Assembly: GCA_052325545.1 (NCBI GenBank)
Contig: JBKQUP010000028.1
Coordinates: 7,166 to 71,165 of the forward strand
Direction of reading: 5' to 3'
Length of the DNA: 64,000 nt
Source: Thermoplasmata archaeon
GTDB taxonomy: Archaea > Thermoplasmatota > Thermoplasmata > Lutacidiplasmatales > UBA184
Shown here: positions 36,827 to 47,048 of the stretch, piece after piece
How the letters are laid out: each line of letters starts with the position of its first letter
Position numbering within the stretch: position 1 is the first letter of the stretch
The notes under the pieces: generated by a model
What the model was told of the DNA's origin: nothing
What the model saw: the letters and a program-made list of their open reading frames with translations, nothing else
The model's database searches: none
Position numbers and translations under genes: made by a program

Positions 36827-36835
36827 AACCTCGAA

Positions 36836-37354
36836 ATGCGCACGCGGGATATCCGGTCGGTCATCTACCTCGCCGGAGGGTTCGGCCTCATCGTCGCGAT
36901 TTACACGTACGTTGAGACGGTCGAGGCGTCCCTGCAGAAGTACTGCACCCTCAACGCGTACGTTTCGTGCGGCGCCGTCGCGAACAGCGGGAGAACGACC
37001 CTCTTCGGGGTCCCGGATTCGTTCATCGGCATCGGGGGGTTCGTCCTCATCCTGCTCATCGCCGGGGTCGCGGAGTCCCGGCGCCAGGAGCTCCTCTGGC
37101 CGTACCTCCTGCTCCTCATCACGACGGCGGGAGTCGCGGTCTCCCTCTTCTTCCTCTACGAGGAGCTCTTCGAGATCCATGCGCTCTGCCCCGTCTGCCT
37201 CGCCGCGTGGGTGCTCGGATGGGTCGCGTGGGGCGGTGCGATCGCGCTCGTCCGCAAGGCCCGCGCCAAAGCCCGGGCTCGAGCCGAACCCCCCGAAAAG
37301 ACGGTCACGACCCCCTCTTCCAGGGAGGCTTCGCCCCCCTCCCACGAGACCTAG
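36836..37354 (+). CDS. Vitamin K epoxide reductase (VKOR) family protein
   Basis: YCTLNAYVSCGAV.NS loop cysteines, FGVPDS, LCPVCLAAW CxxC. Confidence 0.9.
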   Translation: MRTRDIRSVIYLAGGFGLIVAIYTYVETVEASLQKYCTLNAYVSCGAVANSGRTTLFGVPDSFIGIGGFVLILLIAGVAESRRQELLWPYLLLLITTAGVAVSLFFLYEELFEIHALCPVCLAAWVLGWVAWGGAIALVRKARAKARARAEPPEKTVTTPSSREASPPSHET

Positions 37355-37435
37355 ATTTCTCGGCGGTGGAGCGGGACCGCTCCCGTGGGTCCCGGGTTAT
37401 ATACCCAACCTTATTCGGCCCGCCCGGGTCACCCT

Positions 37436-37657
37436 ATGGTAAGCGACTACGCGACGCTCGCGGCCGGGATCGCCATTGCGGGAGGACTGATCGGAACCGG
37501 CATGGCTCAGTCGGGGATCGGGGCGGCCGGCATGGGGATTATCGCCGAGAAGCCGGAGAAGTTCGGCCAGGTGCTGTTCTTCTTCGTCATCCCCGAGACG
37601 CTCTGGATCATCGGATTCGTGCTGGGGATCATCCTCTTGCTCGGGGTCATCTCGTAG
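37436..37657 (+). CDS. atpK: A/V-type ATP synthase subunit K (c), single hairpin
   Basis: GTGMAQSGIGAAG..AEKPEKFG..VIPETLWIIGF; TTATATA upstream. Confidence 0.93.
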   Translation: MVSDYATLAAGIAIAGGLIGTGMAQSGIGAAGMGIIAEKPEKFGQVLFFFVIPETLWIIGFVLGIILLLGVIS

Positions 37658-37674
37658 GCCCTTCGCTCACATCC

Positions 37675-38226
37675 ATGAGCCTCGAAAGCCTCGTCGACGA
37701 GATCCGCCGTCGCGGCGAGGCCGACCTCGCGGAGGTCATCGCCCACCGGGACGCCGAGTCCGCGAAGGTCCTCGCCGAGACGGACCGTCGGCTCGCGCAG
37801 GTCCGTTCGGAGAGCGCCCGCGCCACCGACGCGGAGGTCGCCCACGAACACGCCCAACACATGGCCGCGGCCAAGCTCCAGGCGCGGAAGCTCCTCCACG
37901 AGGCCCGGGAGAAGCGGCTCGTGAGCGCGATCGGAGAGACCCGGGCCCTCCTTCAGGAGTACGCTCGGTCGGCCCAGTACCCCGCGGTGTTGAAGCGGAT
38001 GGTCGTTGCCGCCAACGACTCGCTCGGGAAGCCGGTCCGCATCTCGGGCCGAGGAGAGGACGCCCCCCTCCTCGCCAAGGTCGCCGGGAAGAGCTTCGAC
38101 CCGACGCCCCAGATGATCCTCGGAGGCCTCATCGCGGAGACCGCCGACGGAAGCCGCCGACTGAACCTCTCGTTCGACGAGCTCCTCCGGTTGCGCGAGG
38201 ACCGGGTCCGCGAGCTCCTCGCCTAG
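37675..38226 (+). CDS. atpE: A/V-type ATP synthase subunit E
   Basis: MSLESLVDEI, coiled coil, ILGGLIAET..RRLNLSFDELL. Confidence 0.88.
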   Translation: MSLESLVDEIRRRGEADLAEVIAHRDAESAKVLAETDRRLAQVRSESARATDAEVAHEHAQHMAAAKLQARKLLHEAREKRLVSAIGETRALLQEYARSAQYPAVLKRMVVAANDSLGKPVRISGRGEDAPLLAKVAGKSFDPTPQMILGGLIAETADGSRRLNLSFDELLRLREDRVRELLA

Positions 38227-38235
38227 GTCCGCACC

Positions 38236-39312
38236 ATGGCGGCCTCTCCGTACGCCAGCGCGCTCGGTCGACTGAACCCCGAGTTCCCCGCGTTCCTTCC
38301 CAAGGAGACGTACCCGCTCCTCCTCGCCACCAAGGACCCGACCGAGTTCGCGAAGATCCTCGAAACGACCCCGTACGCCGAGGACGTCGCCCGGGTCCGC
38401 GCGACCCACTCCGGCGTGACCCTGGTCGAGCTCGCGATCAACCGCACGTTCGTGCGACGGAACCGGCACGCTTTCGAAGCGACCCCGTTCGCGGGTCGCT
38501 CGGTGGTCGGGGCGTACCTGGGCCGTTGGGACATCCAGAACATCGAGATGATCCTCACGGCGAAGGCGAAGGGCCGGGGGGTCACCGAGACCGAGGACCA
38601 CCTGATCTCGAGCCGCGAGATCCCCGCCGGGCTCTACGCGGGCGCGATGAACCTAGACGATTTCCGGATCCTCCTCGGCCAGACGACGGTCGAAGCGATG
38701 GTCACCTCCCTCGTGAAGTACGGCTACGGGGCGACGATCCTACCGTTCCTCGAGGCGTTCGAACGGACCCACAACATCTTCCCCATCCTGCTCGCGCTCG
38801 ACAAGGAGTACTACCGGAACGTGCTCGCCCAGGCGCGCTTCTTCCAGGGCGACGAGTGGGTGGTGCGCGCCCTCGTCCAGAGCGAGATCGACGCGCGGAA
38901 CGCCCTCCTTCTCCTCAAGGGGAAGGCCCACCGCCTCCCGGTCGACGACGTCCTCGTCCGGTGGACGGAGGGGGGCACGGTGACCCCGACCGAGGCCACG
39001 GACCTCTTCTCGGCGCGGACCGTCCCCGAGCTCGCCGAGCGCCTCGCGCCCCGGTTCCCCTCCATCGGGGAGGGCGCGGCCGAGTGGGAGTCGGCCGATA
39101 GCCTGACCGGCTACGAGGTCTCGCTCGACCGCGAGCGGGCCACCTCCGAGCTGAAGCGTTTGAGGACCTACCCGCTCTCGCTGAGCGTGATCTTTGCGTT
39201 CCTCTTGCGCAACGAGCTCGAGCGCAGCGACCTCCGACGCGCCGTGTTCGGTCGGCTGTACGGGGTCTCCGCGGAGCGGCTGACCCCGCTGCTCGTATCG
39301 CCCCGCCTCTAG
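38236..39312 (+). CDS. atpC: A/V-type ATP synthase subunit C
   Basis: Y..ALGRL..FL.KE, RWDIQNIEMIL.AK, ALDKEYY, EIDARN, ELERSDLR. Confidence 0.88.
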   Translation: MAASPYASALGRLNPEFPAFLPKETYPLLLATKDPTEFAKILETTPYAEDVARVRATHSGVTLVELAINRTFVRRNRHAFEATPFAGRSVVGAYLGRWDIQNIEMILTAKAKGRGVTETEDHLISSREIPAGLYAGAMNLDDFRILLGQTTVEAMVTSLVKYGYGATILPFLEAFERTHNIFPILLALDKEYYRNVLAQARFFQGDEWVVRALVQSEIDARNALLLLKGKAHRLPVDDVLVRWTEGGTVTPTEATDLFSARTVPELAERLAPRFPSIGEGAAEWESADSLTGYEVSLDRERATSELKRLRTYPLSLSVIFAFLLRNELERSDLRRAVFGRLYGVSAERLTPLLVSPRL

Positions 39313-39332
39313 GTCGGGCTTCCCGGCCCGGG

Positions 39333-41327
39333 TCACTCTCCCGGGGTCCGGACGATCGGTCCCGCGGGGAGCTCTCCGGGGGCTTCGAGGGACGACACCG
39401 TGTGGGTCCGAGGGGAACCGAACGGACGGAAGACCTTCCCGTTACCGGTGTAGAACTTCGAGAAGTACTCGACGAAGATCAGCCGCGCTCCCTGGATCCC
39501 CGGCTCGAAGACGCCGATGATCACGTTGAACGACTGGCCGATGACGATGATGACGAGGCCGGCGACGATCCCGACCACCGTCCCACCGAGGACGAGGCCG
39601 CCGCCGATGGTGTTGATGACGAGGGCGAGGATGGCGCTCGCGAGCAGGATCCCGACGAGACGCGTGTAGGAGAGGATGTGACTCACGACCTCGATGAGCC
39701 CCATCATTCCCATCTGGATCCCCTCCCCGAGGAGCAGCATCGCGAGGCCGGCCCCCAGGCAGGCGTACCAGACGACGATGAGCGGGTCGGACGAGACCGA
39801 GGTCGCCCGGTGGATGACCGCGAGGCCGAAGAACGCGACCCCGAAGGAGAAGAGGACCCCACCGGACTTCGCGACCACGCCCTTCGGGTGGTGATGGAAG
39901 TACTCCTTCAGGGCCCCCATGAAGAAACCGAGTACGACCATGCCGAGGCCGACGAACCCGGCGAAGAGCAGGTAGGTCGGAACGGTGGTCTTCAGGACCG
40001 GTCCGACATAGCCGAAGAGGACGGTCAGCAGCGGGTAGCCGAAGAACTCGTTCGAGTAGAGCCCGAGGCCGATCGCGATCGCGCACCCGGGTAGGAGCGC
40101 GTAGGCGAGCTGCTGCATCCCTTTCGGCCCCATGATCATCTTGACGAAGTTGCGGCCGAACTTCGGCAGGTAGCGGGCGGCCGGGAACCCGGCGATCATC
40201 CAGAGCGAGATCAGGAGGATGACGAGGCCGTAGCCCCAATCGCTGAGCATGAAGCCGAAGAAGATGGGGAAGGCGATGGCGAAGACGAGCGTCGGGTCCC
40301 ACTCGGTCGCTTGCGGCAGCGAGTAGAAGCGCACGAAGAACTCGAAGCGTCGCACCCCGCGCGGGTTCGACATGAGGGTGGGGGGCTCCTCCGAGGTCGG
40401 GACCCGGTAGAAGAACGTACGGTGTCCGCTCTCCCGCCCCACGACCGACTCGAGCCGCGCGATGTCCCGCTCGGGGACCCAGGCCTCGAGGGCGAACGCC
40501 GCGCGACTCGCGCCGAGCTTCGTGACGACCTCCGACTTACGGTTCTCGATCTCGAGCGCTTCCGCCACCGCGCTCACGAGCGGGTACCATTCCTCGGAGA
40601 TCGCGTGGAGCCGAGCCGCGATCTCGCTCCGCCGCCGGCCGATCTCCGCGGCTCGGGCGTGGAGCCCGGCGAGCTCTTCGGCGACCGTCCCCGGCAACCG
40701 CGGTACCGCCGAGAGGCGGACCCCGCGCGTCTGCGACAGGCGCGACAAGAGGTCCACGCCCCCCGTCGGGAGCAGGATCAGGAACCGGACGGCCTCGCCC
40801 GACGGTCCGAGCAGGACCTGCACGTCGTTCTCGGCCGGCAGGGCGGCCGTGAACGCCGCGTAATCCTCGGGCGCCGCCTCCCCGTAGAAGGCGTGGAAGC
40901 TGCGGGAATCGAGGAACTCGAGCCGGTCGGGGTAGAACGAAAGGCGTTCGAGCAGCTGGGCCTGGGCCGCCGTCGCCTTCTCCTCGGTGGCGAGCCGGTC
41001 GTCCTCGCGCTGGAGCTCCCCGACCTCCGGGTCGATCGGGACCGTCTTCGCGACGCGGAGGATCTCGGCGACCGAATCGAACCGTCGGGGGGGCCCAGCG
41101 TGCACCGGAGGAAGGGCGCTCAAGAGGCCCCGGAACCGGAGCGTTTCGTCCCCCACCTGGCGTAGCGTCTCGGGCCCGCGCTCCGGCCCGAGCTCGGCCA
41201 TCGCGTCGGGGGACAGCGGCTCGACCTGGGCCACCCGGAGGTCGTGGAGCACGGTCAGGATCCGCTCCTCGTCCTCCTTGAGGCCGAGGAGGCCGACCTT
41301 TGCCATACGGACCGGGCGCAGCGCCAC
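39333..41327 (-). CDS. atpI: A/V-type ATP synthase subunit I (a)
   Basis: RPVRMAKV, PPTLMSNP, YSLP...EWDPT, FPIFFGFMLSDWGYG, HILSYTRL (essential Arg), RLIFVEYFSKFY.G.G. Confidence 0.94.
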   Translation of the reverse strand: MALRPVRMAKVGLLGLKEDEERILTVLHDLRVAQVEPLSPDAMAELGPERGPETLRQVGDETLRFRGLLSALPPVHAGPPRRFDSVAEILRVAKTVPIDPEVGELQREDDRLATEEKATAAQAQLLERLSFYPDRLEFLDSRSFHAFYGEAAPEDYAAFTAALPAENDVQVLLGPSGEAVRFLILLPTGGVDLLSRLSQTRGVRLSAVPRLPGTVAEELAGLHARAAEIGRRRSEIAARLHAISEEWYPLVSAVAEALEIENRKSEVVTKLGASRAAFALEAWVPERDIARLESVVGRESGHRTFFYRVPTSEEPPTLMSNPRGVRRFEFFVRFYSLPQATEWDPTLVFAIAFPIFFGFMLSDWGYGLVILLISLWMIAGFPAARYLPKFGRNFVKMIMGPKGMQQLAYALLPGCAIAIGLGLYSNEFFGYPLLTVLFGYVGPVLKTTVPTYLLFAGFVGLGMVVLGFFMGALKEYFHHHPKGVVAKSGGVLFSFGVAFFGLAVIHRATSVSSDPLIVVWYACLGAGLAMLLLGEGIQMGMMGLIEVVSHILSYTRLVGILLASAILALVINTIGGGLVLGGTVVGIVAGLVIIVIGQSFNVIIGVFEPGIQGARLIFVEYFSKFYTGNGKVFRPFGSPRTHTVSSLEAPGELPAGPIVRTPGE

Positions 41328-41336
41328 GCTCGACTC

Positions 41337-41696
41337 CTAGTCCTTCCCGAACGACCCGAGAACGACGTCGAGGATCGCGTCCTTCTTGTCCGCCGGACGA
41401 CGGCCCTCGGCGAGCGCCGCGCGTTCCGCGGAGCTCCGACCGTCGACGACGATCGCCTCGGCTTCCTCGGCGGTCTCGGCCCGCGCGCGGTCGAGCCGAA
41501 CGGTCCGTTCCCGGTCCGCTTCCGCCTCCGCCGCCTTCACCGCAGCATCCCCGTCGTCCCGGAGGCGTCGGAGCGTCTCCTCGGCCTCCTGGCGGGCCGC
41601 GTTCAGACGCGCGTCCCACTCGTTCTCGGTCGCTTTCACTCGCTTCAGCGCCTCGACCGAGCCGGGCGCCGTGGCTACGGCCGTCGTGGTTACCAT
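41337..41696 (-). CDS. atpH: A/V-type ATP synthase subunit H (G-like peripheral stalk)
   Basis: EALKRVKATENE.. coiled coil; immediately upstream of atpI with GGAGG SD. Confidence 0.75.
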   Translation of the reverse strand: MVTTTAVATAPGSVEALKRVKATENEWDARLNAARQEAEETLRRLRDDGDAAVKAAEAEADRERTVRLDRARAETAEEAEAIVVDGRSSAERAALAEGRRPADKKDAILDVVLGSFGKD

Positions 41697-41698
41697 CG

Positions 41699-41830
41699 TT
41701 ACAGTCCTCCTAGGAGCTTCATCGCGACCAGCAAAAGGACGACGAGCGCGGCGAGCCGGACCGCGATGCTGATCCCCCACACCGCGGTGAACCGCCGGAC
41801 CGCGGCGTTCGCGTTAGGCTGCGCTCGCAC
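41699..41830 (-). CDS. Small single-TM protein inside the ATP synthase operon
   Basis: GTG 41830 with GGAGG SD 6 nt upstream; MRAQPNANAAVRRFTAVWGISIAVRLAALVVLLLVAMKLLGGL; stop lies 2 nt before the atpH ATG. Confidence 0.5.
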   Translation of the reverse strand: MRAQPNANAAVRRFTAVWGISIAVRLAALVVLLLVAMKLLGGL

Positions 41831-42458
41831 TGCTGCCCTCCTGCTCCATCTTCCGCTTGACGGTCTTGAGCATGCTGAACGAGTCGCGCTCGAGCTCATC
41901 GAATCGGAACTTGATGTAGCGGACCACATCCTGGAGCCGTGGGATCAGGACGTTCTCGATCGCGCTCGCCCGGCGCTTCGTCTTCTCGATCTCCTTCAGG
42001 AGGCGCCGCAGGGCGTTCTCCTTCTCGGCGATATCGAGAACGACCTGGTAGATCCGCTGGAAGCGACGGACCGCCTCCTGGATGGACACCGGGAGGTCGA
42101 GAAGGTCGGCGGTCGGGGTCGGCTCATAGCCGCCGCGGTCGACCCGGGGCGTGCGGACCCCCATTACGTTCTTGGTGGTGACGGCCACCGGCGCGATGTC
42201 GGGGAGGAGGCTCGAGATGTTCTCGAGCCGGGTCGGGCCCTCCAGCATCTCCGCCATCCGGATCGATTCGTAGCCCCGCTCGATGCGCGCGCGAAGGTCG
42301 CCGCGCAGCTTCATCGCCTCCCGCGAGAGCGCGAAGAACTCGACGATCAGCGCGGAGCGTTTCAGCTTGAGGAGGTTGAGCCCCTTCGTCGCGACCACGA
42401 TCCGTCGACGGGTCCGCAGGAGCTCGAGACGGGTCGGTCGCACGGTTTCGGCGGGCAT
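41814..42458 (-). CDS. atpD: A/V-type ATP synthase subunit D
   Basis: RPTRLELL, KGLNLLKLKRSAL, KNVMGV, EIEKTKRRASAIEN.LIP. Confidence 0.94.
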   Translation of the reverse strand: MPAETVRPTRLELLRTRRRIVVATKGLNLLKLKRSALIVEFFALSREAMKLRGDLRARIERGYESIRMAEMLEGPTRLENISSLLPDIAPVAVTTKNVMGVRTPRVDRGGYEPTPTADLLDLPVSIQEAVRRFQRIYQVVLDIAEKENALRRLLKEIEKTKRRASAIENVLIPRLQDVVRYIKFRFDELERDSFSMLKTVKRKMEQEGSSASAA

Positions 42459-42475
42459 CGTTGGTTCGCTGCCGC

Positions 42476-43906
42476 CTACGAGGAGGGGGCCGCCCGCTTC
42501 GGTCGGTACTTCTCGATGAACTCCGGACGGATCCGCTTCAGCTCCGACTCGGGGAAGTCCGCGAGGATGTCCCAGGCGAGGGCGAGGCTCTCGTCGATCG
42601 AGCGGTCCTCGTCGGGCCGCTGGTTGACGAACTCCGCTTCGAACCGGTCGGCCGCCTTGAGGTAGAGCCGGTCGGTCGCGGTGAGCGCCTCCTCGCCGAC
42701 GATCGCGGAGAGCGACCGTTGGTCCCTCCCCGTCGCGTAGGTCGCGAAGAGCTGGTCGGAGACCCCGCGGTGGTCCTCCCGCGTCCGTCCCTTGCCGATC
42801 CCTTGGTTCATCAGGCGCGAGAGCGACGGTAGGATATCGATCGGCGGGTAGATCCCGCGGCGTTGGATGTCCCGGCTGATGTACACTTGGCCTTCGGTGA
42901 TGTAGCCCGTGAGGTCGGGGATCGGGTGCGTCACGTCGTCCGCGGGCATCGTGAGGATCGGGATCTGGGTGATCGACCCCTTGCGGCCGCGGATCTTCCC
43001 CGCCCGTTCGTAGAGCGTCGCGAGGTCGGTGTAGAGGTACCCCGGATAGCCGCGGCGCCCGGGAACCTCCTCACGCGCCGCGGAGACCTCGCGGAGCGCC
43101 TCGCAATAGTTCGTCATGTCGGTGAGGACGACCAGGATGTGGAGGTCGCGCTCGTAGGCGAGGAACTCGGCGGCGGTGAGCGCCATCCGCGGCGTCACGA
43201 CCCGTTCCATCGACGGGTCCGAGGAGAGGTTCAGGAAGACGACGGCGCGCTCGAGCGCCCCGGTCGACTCGAACTCCTTGAGGAAGAAGTTCGCTTCTTC
43301 GCTCGTGATCCCCATCGCCGCGAAGACGACCGCGAACCCCTCGGAGGAGTCGCGGAGCTTCGCCTGGCGGACGATCTGGGCGGCGATCTGGTTGTGCGGA
43401 AGGCCGGCCCCGGAGAAGATGGGGAGCTTCTGGCCACGGACCAGGGTGTTGTTGACATCGATCGTCGAGATCCCCGTCTGGATGAACTCACTCGGCTCCT
43501 CGCGCGAGTACGGGTTCATCGCGCTCCCGACGATCTCGAGACGAGTCTCGCTCACGATCCGCGGGCCGCCGTCGCGCGGCTCGCCGAGGCCGGTGAAGAC
43601 GCGGCCGAGCATCTCGTCGGAGACGGGCAGGGTCGCGACCTCGCCCAGGAACTTGACGCTCGTCCGCTCGAGGTTGATGCCCATGGTCGGGCCGAAGACC
43701 TGGACGATCGCGAGGCCCTTGCGCGAATCGAGGACCTGGCCCTGGCGCCGCTCCCCGCTCGGGAGCTGGATCTCGACGATCTCTCCGTAGGCCGCGTTCG
43801 CGACGTCCCGCACGAACAGTAGCGGTCCCGCGACCCGGTCGATCGTCCGGTAATCGACCGGCACCTCGGGCGACGCGCGGCCGGGAGCCGGTCCTTTCGC
43901 GGCCAT
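42476..43906 (-). CDS. atpB: A/V-type ATP synthase subunit B
   Basis: [76 protein letters not shown]. Confidence 0.96.
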   Translation of the reverse strand: MAAKGPAPGRASPEVPVDYRTIDRVAGPLLFVRDVANAAYGEIVEIQLPSGERRQGQVLDSRKGLAIVQVFGPTMGINLERTSVKFLGEVATLPVSDEMLGRVFTGLGEPRDGGPRIVSETRLEIVGSAMNPYSREEPSEFIQTGISTIDVNNTLVRGQKLPIFSGAGLPHNQIAAQIVRQAKLRDSSEGFAVVFAAMGITSEEANFFLKEFESTGALERAVVFLNLSSDPSMERVVTPRMALTAAEFLAYERDLHILVVLTDMTNYCEALREVSAAREEVPGRRGYPGYLYTDLATLYERAGKIRGRKGSITQIPILTMPADDVTHPIPDLTGYITEGQVYISRDIQRRGIYPPIDILPSLSRLMNQGIGKGRTREDHRGVSDQLFATYATGRDQRSLSAIVGEEALTATDRLYLKAADRFEAEFVNQRPDEDRSIDESLALAWDILADFPESELKRIRPEFIEKYRPKRAAPSS

Positions 43907-45669
43907 CACGCCCCTCCCGACGCGGTGAGGGCGCCGACGGCAAGGTCGGTCTCGCGGTCCAGTTCGTCGAACTGCTTCTGGGACTCGGCCTCGGGGATCC
44001 ACTTCATTCGCGAGAGCTTCGTCCGGACCGGGAGCTTCTGCATCGCGGCGACGGTCGCGCCCTTGCCGATCGCCTCCTGCTCGAGGTCCCCGAACCGAAG
44101 GATGGTCCGCAGCATGCGGGCCTGCTTCTGGATCGAGGTGTAGGTGTCGACCTGGTCGTAGGCGCTCTGCTGAAGGTAGTCCTCGCGGAGCATTCGCGCG
44201 ACATCCAGGACCGCCTTCTCCCGCTCGGGGAGCGCGTCCACGCCGACGAGCTGGACGATCTCCTGGAGCTCGGACTCCTTCTGGAGGGTCTCGAGAGCCT
44301 TCTGACGGAGGGCGATGAAGTCCTTCGAGAGCGATGCGGTGTACCACGGCTCGAGGTCGCCCGTGTAGAGCGAGTAGCTCTGGAGCCAATTGATCGACGG
44401 GAAGTGGCGGCGGGAGGCGAGCGAGGCATCGAGAGCCCAGAAGACGCGCGCGATGCGGAGCGTGTTCTGGCTGACGGGTTCGGAGGTGTCCCCGCCCGGA
44501 GGCGAGACCGCTCCCACGACGGTGATCGAACCGGTCCGTGCGTCCGGGGAGAGGGTGACCACTCGTCCGGCGCGTTCGTAGAACTCGGCGATACGGCGAC
44601 CGAGGTACGCCGGGTAGCCTTCCTCGCCGGGCATCTCCTCGAGGCGGCCCGAGATCTCGCGCATCGCCTCGGCCCACCGGCTGGTCGAGTCGGCCATCAG
44701 GGCGACGTCGTAGCCCATGTCCCGGTAGTACTCCGCGATCGTGATCCCGGTGTAGACGCTCGCCTCCCGGGCCGCGACCGGCATGTTGGAGGTGTTCGCG
44801 ATCAGCACGGTCCGTTCCATGAGCGGGTGTCCCGACTTCGGGTCCAGGAGCTTCGGGAAGGTGGCCAGCACCTCGGCCATCTCGTTCCCGCGCTCGCCGC
44901 ACCCAACATAGACGACGATGTCCGAGTCCGCCCATTTCGCGAGCTGCTGCTGGGTGACGGTCTTCCCGGAGCCGAACGGCCCGGGAATGCACGCGGTCCC
45001 GCCCTTCGCGACGGGGAAGAACGTGTCGATGACGCGCTGGCCCGTGACGAGCGGGATGTCCGGCGGGAGCTTCTGAGCGACAGGACGGGGGATTCGCACC
45101 ACCCACTTGTGGGTCAGAGTGAGGGGCACGGTGCCCGCGCTGGTCTCGAGCGAGCCGATGCGGTCGCGAATGGTGTACTTCCCGCTCTGAAGGTCGGTGA
45201 GGGTTCCTCGAAGCCCGGGCGGGACGAGGATCTTGTGCAGGATGAGCGCGGTCTCCGGGACCGTGCCGAGGATGGTGCCCGGGGTCACTTCGCTCCCGAC
45301 CTTCGCGGTCGCGGTGAACTCCCAGACGGCCTTCTCGTCGAGCGGGGCGGCCGTCGTCCCACGGGTGATGAAGTCCCCGACGCCCTTCTGGATGACGTCG
45401 AGCGGGCGCTGGACCCCATCGTAGATGGACTTCAGAAGCCCGGGGCCGAGCTCCACGCTGAGGGCCTGTCCGGTGGTCTCGACCGGGTCTCCCGGACGGA
45501 TCCCGGTCGTGTCCTCATAGACCTGGACGGTCGCCGTCCCGGCCACGAGGCGGATGATCTCGCCGACGAGACCGAGCGCGCCGACGTGGACGACGTCGTA
45601 CATCTTCGCGTCGACCAGTCCCTCGGCAATGACGACCGGACCAGACACCCGCGCGACAGAACCTACCAT
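43906..45669 (-). CDS. atpA: A/V-type ATP synthase catalytic subunit A (no intein)
   Basis: [70 protein letters not shown]. Confidence 0.97.
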   Translation of the reverse strand: MVGSVARVSGPVVIAEGLVDAKMYDVVHVGALGLVGEIIRLVAGTATVQVYEDTTGIRPGDPVETTGQALSVELGPGLLKSIYDGVQRPLDVIQKGVGDFITRGTTAAPLDEKAVWEFTATAKVGSEVTPGTILGTVPETALILHKILVPPGLRGTLTDLQSGKYTIRDRIGSLETSAGTVPLTLTHKWVVRIPRPVAQKLPPDIPLVTGQRVIDTFFPVAKGGTACIPGPFGSGKTVTQQQLAKWADSDIVVYVGCGERGNEMAEVLATFPKLLDPKSGHPLMERTVLIANTSNMPVAAREASVYTGITIAEYYRDMGYDVALMADSTSRWAEAMREISGRLEEMPGEEGYPAYLGRRIAEFYERAGRVVTLSPDARTGSITVVGAVSPPGGDTSEPVSQNTLRIARVFWALDASLASRRHFPSINWLQSYSLYTGDLEPWYTASLSKDFIALRQKALETLQKESELQEIVQLVGVDALPEREKAVLDVARMLREDYLQQSAYDQVDTYTSIQKQARMLRTILRFGDLEQEAIGKGATVAAMQKLPVRTKLSRMKWIPEAESQKQFDELDRETDLAVGALTASGGA

Positions 45670-45683
45670 GCTCCTCTCCTCCG

Positions 45684-46019
45684 TTACGTCGCGACCGAGA
45701 GCGTGACTCCCAGGACGCGCTTGGCGAGTGCCTCGATGCTCTCGACCTCGTATTCGCCGGTCGGGGTCGGGACGAAGACGACCAGAGGGTCGAGCGAGGC
45801 GTCGGCGGCCGCCCGCTGGGCGTCCGACAGCAGGGCGCGGATCGATTGCGTGGCGATGACGAGAGCATATCCCCCGGTCATCGCGCGTTGGAACTCCGCG
45901 ACCGAGCTCTCCGGAGTGACCTCGATAACATCTTTGAGGCCGATCAAGCGGAACCCGATGGCGAGCTCCCGCTCCCCGACCACGACGGTGCGCCCCGTCT
46001 CTTTTGACGTCCCGGGCAC
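45684..46019 (-). CDS. atpF: A/V-type ATP synthase subunit F
   Basis: VVVGERELAIGFRLIG..KRVLGV; TTAAATA TATA-like box upstream. Confidence 0.9.
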   Translation of the reverse strand: MPGTSKETGRTVVVGERELAIGFRLIGLKDVIEVTPESSVAEFQRAMTGGYALVIATQSIRALLSDAQRAAADASLDPLVVFVPTPTGEYEVESIEALAKRVLGVTLSVAT

Positions 46020-46047
46020 GGCAGCGTCGGCGGGGGTTCCGGGCTAT

Positions 46048-46722
46048 TTAAGTGCTGCCGGGGTGCGAAGGACGGTGACGTCGGGTCCCGGTTCGAACGG
46101 CCCGAACACGGGAGGTCGAGCGGCCGGAGGGCCGCGGGGCCACCTCGCCCGGAAGAAGGAGCGCCGAGGGGACCGTCCCCGCCGCGGACGCGGCGAGCAA
46201 CGTCTCGAGCCGTCGTTCCCGTGTCTCGGGGCGTACCGCGCTCATCACCCAGAAGGTCGCCCGTCGCCGGTATCCGCGGGGACGGGACCGAAAGAACCGG
46301 TCGGCGGCGGGCCGTTCCCGCAATCGTGCGACGAACGTCGGGGCGAAACGGAAGTTCCGCTCGCTCGAGTACTGCACGCCTTCCTTCTCCGGTCGATGGG
46401 CGAACGCACGACGGCCGGATTCGTGGACCCGCCCGTCCCTCTCGAGCTCCGCGAACCGTCGGCGGTTGACGACGCTCCATTGGCTGCCCGGGCGTCGCGG
46501 CGTGAACCGGTTAGCGTAGCGATCGTCGTCGATCCGACGCACCGTCGTGTCGATCCATCCGAAGCAGAGGGCCTCCTCGACCGCCTCGGGGTAGACCACT
46601 CCCCCCCTCCCGGAATGGGCCTTGTGGAAACCGACCCACAGCTCCAGAGTGTCCGCGTGGTGGGCCTCGAACCACTCCCGGAGCTCGCCTTTCGACCGGA
46701 AGAAGCGAGCGGGAACGGTCAT
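46048..46722 (-). CDS. YdeI/OmpD-associated (bacteriocin-protection) family protein
   Basis: FFRSKGELREWFE.HH, YPEAVEEALCFGWID, RFTPRRPGSQWS.VN, FWVMSA.R.ETRERRL. Confidence 0.85.
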   Translation of the reverse strand: MTVPARFFRSKGELREWFEAHHADTLELWVGFHKAHSGRGGVVYPEAVEEALCFGWIDTTVRRIDDDRYANRFTPRRPGSQWSVVNRRRFAELERDGRVHESGRRAFAHRPEKEGVQYSSERNFRFAPTFVARLRERPAADRFFRSRPRGYRRRATFWVMSAVRPETRERRLETLLAASAAGTVPSALLLPGEVAPRPSGRSTSRVRAVRTGTRRHRPSHPGST

Positions 46723-46733
46723 CGTCGGAGGGG

Positions 46734-47012
46734 CTACTTGTACACGGAGAAGTGCACGTGATTCTCGTCGTCCGTGATCAGGATGCACTCGCCTTCGCAC
46801 TCGAACAGGCACGCCTCGCAGACGATGCACTCCGGACCGTTGACCGCGAGGGACTTCTCCCCACGGAACTGGAACTTCGCTCCGACCGTCGGGTCGTCTA
46901 CGACGTCCGGGACTTGGTCGCGGGGGCGCAGGTCGAAGACGGTGACCGGGCAGACGTCCTTGCAGTGGGAGCAGCCCGTGCACTTGGCGATGTCAATGTC
47001 GACCTGGACCAT
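46734..47012 (-). CDS. 2[4Fe-4S] ferredoxin
   Basis: CTGCSHCKDVCP and CIVCEACLFEC. Confidence 0.9.
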   Translation of the reverse strand: MVQVDIDIAKCTGCSHCKDVCPVTVFDLRPRDQVPDVVDDPTVGAKFQFRGEKSLAVNGPECIVCEACLFECEGECILITDDENHVHFSVYK

Positions 47013-47048
47013 CGCGGGCCTCGCCGCCCATTCGAGCGAGGCGGCCTA

